From contig NC_068995.1 in assembly GCF_001194135.2 (NCBI RefSeq), forward strand, positions 53,439,132 through 53,494,677: DNA of 55,546 nt. Direction: 5' to 3'. Positions 49,025 through 55,546 of the stretch are shown here, piece by piece. Source of the stretch: Octopus bimaculoides (taxonomy: Eukaryota). Both the position numbers and the translations under genes were made by a program. Each line of letters opens with the position of its first letter. The first letter of the stretch is position 1. The notes beneath the pieces were generated by a model. It saw only the letters and a list, made by a program, of their open reading frames with translations, ran no database searches and was not told the DNA's origin.

Positions 49025-49347
49025 TCATTTACATTATTTACATTGGAAGGATGTGTGTTCTCATCTTGTTTGTTGTTACCGCAACGTTTCGGCTGATTTA
49101 CTCTCCTTTGAACCCAACCCTGGGTTCTCATTCCTAAAGTATTTTTTTGCTGATATTATTACAGAACTCGCAATCTTGGGGCTAGTAGCCTGCGCTCTTA
49201 ACCATTGCCCGTGGGCAATTACAGAGTGAATTATAGGGCTTATAAACCTAATATTTTTGTATCCTTCCTTAATACACATTCTACTCATATCTGCACTAGG
49301 TCTGCTTAGGAGGTTATTGTGTCCTAGCGTATGTGCTGCCTCCTTTT
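49025..49347 (-). mobile_element. 3' fragment of the same Penelope-like family (ORF end, tRNA-like cassette, partial hammerhead, tail)
   Basis: Reverse complement reads GAGGCAGCACATACGCTAGGACACAATAACCTCCTAAGCAGACC (homologous to about 15960-16000), then ATTGCCCACGGGCAATGGTTAAGAGCGCAGGCTACTAGCCCCAAG, then GGAATGAGAACCCAGG...TCAGCCGAAACGTTG...CAAGATGAG. Confidence 0.85.
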
Positions 49348-49679
49348 AATACAGAATTCTTCACCTCAAAAATATAGAACAAATATCTGTTTATACTGAT
49401 ATATTTGAACACGAAATTCGAATCCCGTAGTTTAAGCGTTGCTTTTGCATCGCATCGTTTCAGGGACTCGATCATAGCAAATATCAAGTGATGTAACACA
49501 AAAATTGAAAAACCATCGCCTTCTTTAAACATATAAATTAAGTTTAGAAACCAATTCTTTCCCTAAGCATATAATTAAGTAACTTGAGAAATTAATTGTT
49601 AAGTTCTTGAAATTATCCCTCCTATTCTTTGAGAGTTGTAAGCAATTAAACATAACCACAGCCGTCGTTCGCAATCGAT

Positions 49680-50000
49680 ATAACTAGGCAGCATGTATCA
49701 TGCTTCGCTTGTGAGTGAATTTTGTCGGCGGCAACTGGTCGGAAGCCTGTCATACATATGTGTGTATGTATGTGTGCGTGTGTGTATGTGTATTTGTTCC
49801 CCATCGTTTGACAACCGGTGTTGGGTAGTTTACGTTCCCGTATCTAGCAGTTAGGCAAAAAGAGACCGATCAAATAAGCACCAGACTTTAGAAAGAAATA
49901 TAGGAATGTACTAGAGTCGATTTGTTTGACTAAATAAACCGTTCATGGCGATGCTCCAGCAAGGGCTGCAATATAACGACTGAAACAAGTGAAAGATAAA
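49680..50000 (+). mobile_element. SINE family B copy, 5'-truncated (partial copies also at about 1975-2095, 9545-9755, 10105-10250, 31478-31610, 33810-33950, 35025-35190, 38335-38495, 38700-38840, 41955-42120, 44580-44825)
   Basis: ttgtgagtgaattt...gaagcctgtcatac(atgt/gt)n...tttgacaaccggtgttgg...ggcaaaaagagaccgatcaaataagcacc...gctccagc. Confidence 0.8.
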
Positions 50001-51693
50001 TAATTGCGAACAGGCAAAGATCTCTTCGCGGCATTCCTCCCCCCCCCCAGCAAAACAACAAAGACAATGGTTGGAGGGAGGAAAGACCGCGCCAGCCCTT
50101 CATTGCGACGGGTTTCTCTCAGTTTTCGTNNNNNNNNNNNNNNNNNNNNNNNNNNNNNNNNNNNNNNNNNNNNNNNNNNNNNNNNNNNNNNNNNNNNNNN
50201 NNNNNNNNNNNNNNNNNNNNNNNNNNNNNNNNNNNNNNNNNNNNNNNNNNNNNNNNNNNNNNNNNNNNNNNNNNNNNNNNNNNNNNNNNNNNNNNNNNNN
50301 NNNNNNNNNNNNNNNNNNNNNNNNNNNNNNNNNNNNNNNNNNNNNNNNNNNNNNNNNNNNNNNNNNNNNNNNNNNNNNNNNNNNNNNNNNNNNNNNNNNN
50401 NNNNNNNNNNNNNNNNNNNNNNNNNNNNNNNNNNNNNNNNNNNNNNNNNNNNNNNNNNNNNNNNNNNNNNNNNNNNNNNNNNNNNNNNNNNNNNNNNNNN
50501 NNNNNNNNNNNNNNNNNNNNNNNNNNNNNNNNNNNNNNNNNNNNNNNNNNNNNNNNNNNNNNNNNNNNNNNNNNNNNNNNNNNNNNNNNNNNNNNNNNNN
50601 NNNNNNNNNNNNNNNNNNNNNNNNNNNNNNNNNNNNNNNNNNNNNNNNNNNNNNNNNNNNNNNNNNNNNNNNNNNNNNNNNNNNNNNNNNNNNNNNNNNN
50701 NNNNNNNNNNNNNNNNNNNNNNNNNNNNNNNNNNNNNNNNNNNNNNNNNNNNNNNNNNNNNNNNNNNNNNNNNNNNNNNNNNNNNNNNNNNNNNNNNNNN
50801 NNNNNNNNNNNNNNNNNNNNNNNNNNNNNNNNNNNNNNNNNNNNNNNNNNNNNNNNNNNNNNNNNNNNNNNNNNNNNNNNNNNNNNNNNNNNNNNNNNNN
50901 NNNNNNNNNNNNNNNNNNNNNNNNNNNNNNNNNNNNNNNNNNNNNNNNNNNNNNNNNNNNNNNNNNNNNNNNNNNNNNNNNNNNNNNNNNNNNNNNNNNN
51001 NNNNNNNNNNNNNNNNNNNNNNNNNNNNNNNNNNNNNNNNNNNNNNNNNNNNNNNNNNNNNNNNNNNNNNNNNNNNNNNNNNNNNNNNNNNNNNNNNNNN
51101 NNNNNNNNNNNNNNNNNNNNNNNNNNGTGTGTGTGTGTGTGTGTGTGTGTGGTTACAGTTAAAAATTTCTTTTGATCATAGATCTTTTCAATCATCAAAG
51201 TTGACCTGGGGCTAAACAACGACGATAACAGCAACAACAACAACAACACATTACAACAACAATCGACGTTTAGAATTTGTTTGCTACAAGACATTGCTTT
51301 CTTTTCAAACTTCTTTTTATATAATTCATAGACTAAAACGATGGAAAGAGAGAGTTAAAGCATGAAAAAGAAAGACAAGTTTACGCGAAATACTCTCTCT
51401 TTCTGTCTCTCTGTGTGTCTCTCTCTCCCCGTGTCTCTCTTTCTCTCTATGTGCCTCTCTCTCTCTCTCATTTTCTCGGTGTGTTTTGCTCCGCCACTCT
51501 TCCTCTTTCTCAATATTCGCTTGAAAGTCTATGGAAGTAACGTATTTGATGAGATTTTAATGAGCTGGCGTTAAAACATATAGTTAATGGATTAGATCGT
51601 TAACTTAACATTTTGTTAGCTTGAAGGCAGTACTCGAATATTTACCAAGTGTTTAAACTTTTATTCAATCTCCGTATTGTTTAGATATCGCGA

Positions 51694-51724
<31 letters not shown>

Positions 51725-51959
51725 AATGAAGAATAACAACAGCAACAACAACAATTAAAATTGCATGTTATAAAAATAAAATAAAATACAACAAAATAAT
51801 ATGATATTAAATAAAGAAAAGATAAAACAAGAAGATTAAAGAAGAAAAAAGAAAAAAGACAGAAAGATTCATTCAATTAGACAATGGAAGTCAAAAGTTG
51901 ATACTTGGCTCTCCAGAGATGTGTTCTAACGCTTTTTTCATGTTCTGAATCCAAATTAA

Positions 51960-53143
51960 CAACAACAACAACAACAACAACAATGACGACGACGACGATG
52001 ACATCAATAAGGATAACAATGATAATGATAACGATAACAACTACGACATAAATATCATCATCATCATCATCATCATCACCATCATCATCATCATCCTCAT
52101 CATTATCGTCATCATCATCCTCATCATCATCACCATCATCATCCTCATCATTATCGTCATCATCATCATCCTCATCATCATCATCGTCATCATCATCNNN
52201 NNNNNNNNNNNNNNNNNNNNNNNNNNNNNNNNNNNNNNNNNNNNNNNNNNNNNNNNNNNNNNNNNNNNNNNNNNNNNNNNNNNNNNNNNNNNNNNNNNNN
52301 NNNNNNNNNNNNNNNNNNNNNNNNNNNNNNNNNNNNNNNNNNNNNNNNNNNNNNNNNNNNNNNNNNNNNNNNNNNNNNNNNNNNNNNNNNNNNNNNNNNN
52401 NNNNNNNNNNNNNNNNNNNNNNNNNNNNNNNNNNNNNNNNNNNNNNNNNNNNNNNNNNNNNNNNNNNNNNNNNNNNNNNNNNNNNNNNNNNNNNNNNNNN
52501 NNNNNNNNNNNNNNNNNNNNNNNNNNNNNNNNNNNNNNNNNNNNNNNNNNNNNNNNNNNNNNNNNNNNNNNNNNNNNNNNNNNNNNNNNNNNNNNNNNNN
52601 NNNNNNNNNNNNNNNNNNNNNNNNNNNNNNNNNNNNNNNNNNNNNNNNNNNNNNNNNNNNNNNNNNNNNNNNNNNNNNNNNNNNNNNNNNNNNNNNNNNN
52701 NNNNNNNNNNNNNNNNNNNNNNNNNNNNNACCACCACCACCACCACCACCACCACAGCCATCATCGCCATCACCATCATCGCCATACTCACTATCCACGC
52801 CGCCACCATTCGCTGTCACCATCGACACCATCATCATAATCATCGCTACCACCACCACCGCCACCGCCATCACCACCATCATCAGCAGTAATAACAACAG
52901 CAGCAACGGCAGCAACAGCAGCAGCAATAGCTGTATTAACAGCAACATATGCAGCAGGATCAATTTTAGCGGCAACAATATGTTAATAAAGCAACTGCAA
53001 CAAAGACAACAGCAGCACCAACTGTAACAACAGTAGAGGTAGTGGTGGTGGTGGTGGTAGTGGTAGTAGTAATAGTGGTAGTAGTAGTAGTATCAGCAGC
53101 TGGAGTAGTAGTAGCAGCAGCAGCAGCAGTAGTAGTAGTGATT

Positions 53144-53174
<31 letters not shown>

Positions 53175-53238
53175 CAGTAGTGGCAGCAGTAGTGGTAGTA
53201 GTAGTAATAATAGTAGTAGTGATAATAGTTGTAGTAGT

Positions 53239-53305
<67 letters not shown>

Positions 53306-53310
53306 ACGCA
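51960..53310. repeat. Compound trinucleotide field (AAC, CAT, CAC, CAG, GTA/GCA) spanning a gap
   Basis: Directly visible; source of the spurious poly-D, poly-V and poly-L ORFs. Confidence 0.95.
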
Positions 53311-53594
53311 TTGTAAAGAAAGCTAGATTGANNNNNNNNNNCCGTTACCTGGTAACACCTTACGTTTCGAGTTCGATCCCTACCCATTAAATCAATTTTA
53401 AACTCTCCCCAATCGCCCCCCCCCCTACTACCACATTTTTAAAAACGAAATCTGTACAGGGGTAAGTGGTTCTCAAGCAAACCCCACTTTTCTGAGCTCA
53501 TGCGACCCCTTTTTGATCCCTATTCTCTTCTACCGGACCCTAATATCTTACTGCATTTTTATAATTAAATGTTATTAGAGATTCTTTTATGCTT

Positions 53595-53847
53595 TTATTT
53601 GTTTAAGTCATTTGACTGCGGCCATACTGGAGCACCGCATTTTTAGTCGAACAAACAGACCCCAGGACTTATTCCTTGTTAGCCTAGTACTTATTCTACC
53701 GGTCTCTTTGCCGATCCGCTAAGTTACGGACGTAAACACACCAGCATCGTTTGTCAAGCGATGGTGGTGGGGGACAATCACAGACACACAAACATATGCA
53801 TATATTACATATATATGTATACATACACACACATACCCACGCACACA

Positions 53848-53914
<67 letters not shown>

Positions 53915-53961
53915 CCTTGTGAGTGGATTTGATAGACGGAAACTGAAAGAAGCCTATCGTA

Positions 53962-54020
<59 letters not shown>

Positions 54021-54150
54021 GTTGGGCTTCTTTCAGTTTCCGTTTACTAAATCTACTCACAAGGCTTTGGTCGGCCCGAGGCCATAGTAGAAGACACTTG
54101 CCGAAGATGCCACGCAGTGGGACTGAACCCGGAACCATGTGGTTGGGAAG
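53595..54150 (-). mobile_element. tRNA-derived SINE family B, near-full copy with internal (CA)/(TA) microsatellite
   Basis: Reverse complement: head CCCAACCACATGGTTCCGGGTTCAGTCCCACTGCGTGGCATCTTCGGCAAGTGTCTTCTACTAT...GAAAGAAGCCC, then microsatellite, then ...CTTAGCGGATCGGCAAAGAGACCGGTAGAATAAGTACTAGG...GCTCCAGTATGGCCGCAGTCAAATGAC. Confidence 0.9.
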
Positions 54151-54419
54151 ATGCAAACAGTGCGAAATATAGTGGATTTGTCGCTGACACAACGCAACAC
54201 ACGGTCTGGGAATCGAACTCATGACTTTATGACTGGAAGCCCAGCAACCATAACCACTATACAACATACTTTCACTAAAATAATAAACAGGTGACTGTCA
54301 GATAAATTCTTTAGTCTTTCTAATGTTATTTGAATTACCACGAAGAATATTTTCTCTTTTTGTGTTTCAAGGGTTTTTTTTTCTGTATGACTTTTGCTTA
54401 TTGTTTCTGCAATTTGAAT

Positions 54420-54800
54420 AAATTTGAACTCTTTTCAGATACCTGACGATGGAGCAGTTTCTCTTCACCTTTCAATCAAAGTTCCAAAACGGCCAAAGCC
54501 ACACGAAACATTTGTACTGTGTATGGAGAGGGTGCTATTACTGAAAGAAGTGCACAGAAATGGTTTTCATATTTCAAGGACGATAAATTCGACCTCACGG
54601 ATTATCTAGGTTCCAGAAGACCTGTTCAGTTCAATGAGGGCCAATTAAAGGAGCTTATCCACGAGGGTCAGCGTCTTCGGTCCATTTTGGAATTGGCCAG
54701 CCAGATGGGATGCTCTCATGATATCGTTGCCCATCAGCTTCAGTCGATGGTTAAGGTTCAAAACCTCAGTGCATGGATGTCACACGCTCTGAACGTAGAT
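54420..54800 (+). mobile_element. Mariner transposase 5' fragment (paired HTH DNA-binding region), frameshifted
   Basis: LFTF/NQSSKTAKATRNICTVYGEGAITERSAQKWFSYFKDDKFDLTD..GSRRPVQFNEGQLKELIHE...ELASQMGCSHDIVAHQLQSMVKVQNLSAWMSHAL follows the mariner N-terminus up to a degenerate WVPHEL motif. Confidence 0.88.
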
Positions 54801-55394
54801 TAAAAAGAAAATAAAAATACATTAGAAGCAAAAAGAAAAGAAAAAAGGCGAACGAATTTATTTCCTAAACTAATGCTACAATATATTTTTATACAAGGTC
54901 ATAATACAATTTTCTTTGAGCAATTTTAAATTTGTATAAATTTAGTTCTATTTATGGCAGAATAAAATAAAATTAATCTGTGGAAAGGATAAATGAAAGA
55001 ATTTATTAGATTTTTAAAAAGATATATTTTCGAGATTAATTTTCAATGTGATTCACATGGTTACGTCTAAAAACCGTAATGCGAGATTTTACATAGGAAT
55101 TTCAGTTCTCTGAATCACATTAGTTATCTTGGCTTGCAATGCATCTATAGACGCTTGTTTAGTTGGATAAATAGGACGATTTTATGTCCCCATAAAATAA
55201 CGATGAAGCTATAATTAATTTAAAAAATTAATGAACAATTATAATAAATTTTTATTGACGATGATAAAATACATGCATCAGGCCTATAAATGTTCTTTAC
55301 ATATTAATTGTGTCATAAATGAAACTGAAATTATAAATATTTAAAATTCAGAATTTAAAATTGCGCAGGGACTGTATAAATAACCACCAACCTT

Positions 55395-55396
55395 AA

Positions 55397-55484
<88 letters not shown>

Positions 55485-55509
55485 CTTAAATCCTTCTTTC
55501 TTCTCTTTC

Positions 55510-55546
<37 letters not shown>
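55395..55546. repeat. (ATCT)n/(GTCT)n/(CT)n microsatellite
   Basis: Directly visible. Confidence 0.95.

Noticed and set aside
570-52978. Long ORF-track entries full of X, or of CV/YI/HT/poly-L/poly-D runs
   Set aside because: Produced by N gaps and by di- or trinucleotide microsatellites; no coding signal.

Overview
AT-rich, microsatellite-dense eukaryotic draft scaffold with ten long N gaps and several 10-N gaps. The repeat families and microsatellite load look like an octopus (coleoid cephalopod) genome; this is inferred, not proven. No prokaryotic features or CRISPR arrays are present, and almost all ORF-track entries are microsatellite or gap artefacts. The one well-supported gene is the 3' end of a + strand spliced gene: four phase-consistent GT-AG exons (10819-11070, 26996-27201, 35657-35749, 42181-42599; about 322 aa). 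They encode a WD40-like C-terminus resembling LRRK1/invertebrate Lrrk. The introns and downstream DNA hold tRNA-derived SINEs, RTE-type LINE remnants, Tc1/mariner and hAT fragments and MITEs, and a decayed Helitron N-terminus. The most interesting signal is a Penelope-like retroelement whose 3' region carries a tRNA-like Pol III cassette followed by a minimal hammerhead-ribozyme motif, with ORF-less derivatives of that unit elsewhere in the window. There is also a visible CpG-decay boundary near the end of the gene body. Repeat coordinates are approximate (about +/-10-20 nt); exon coordinates were counted by hand.
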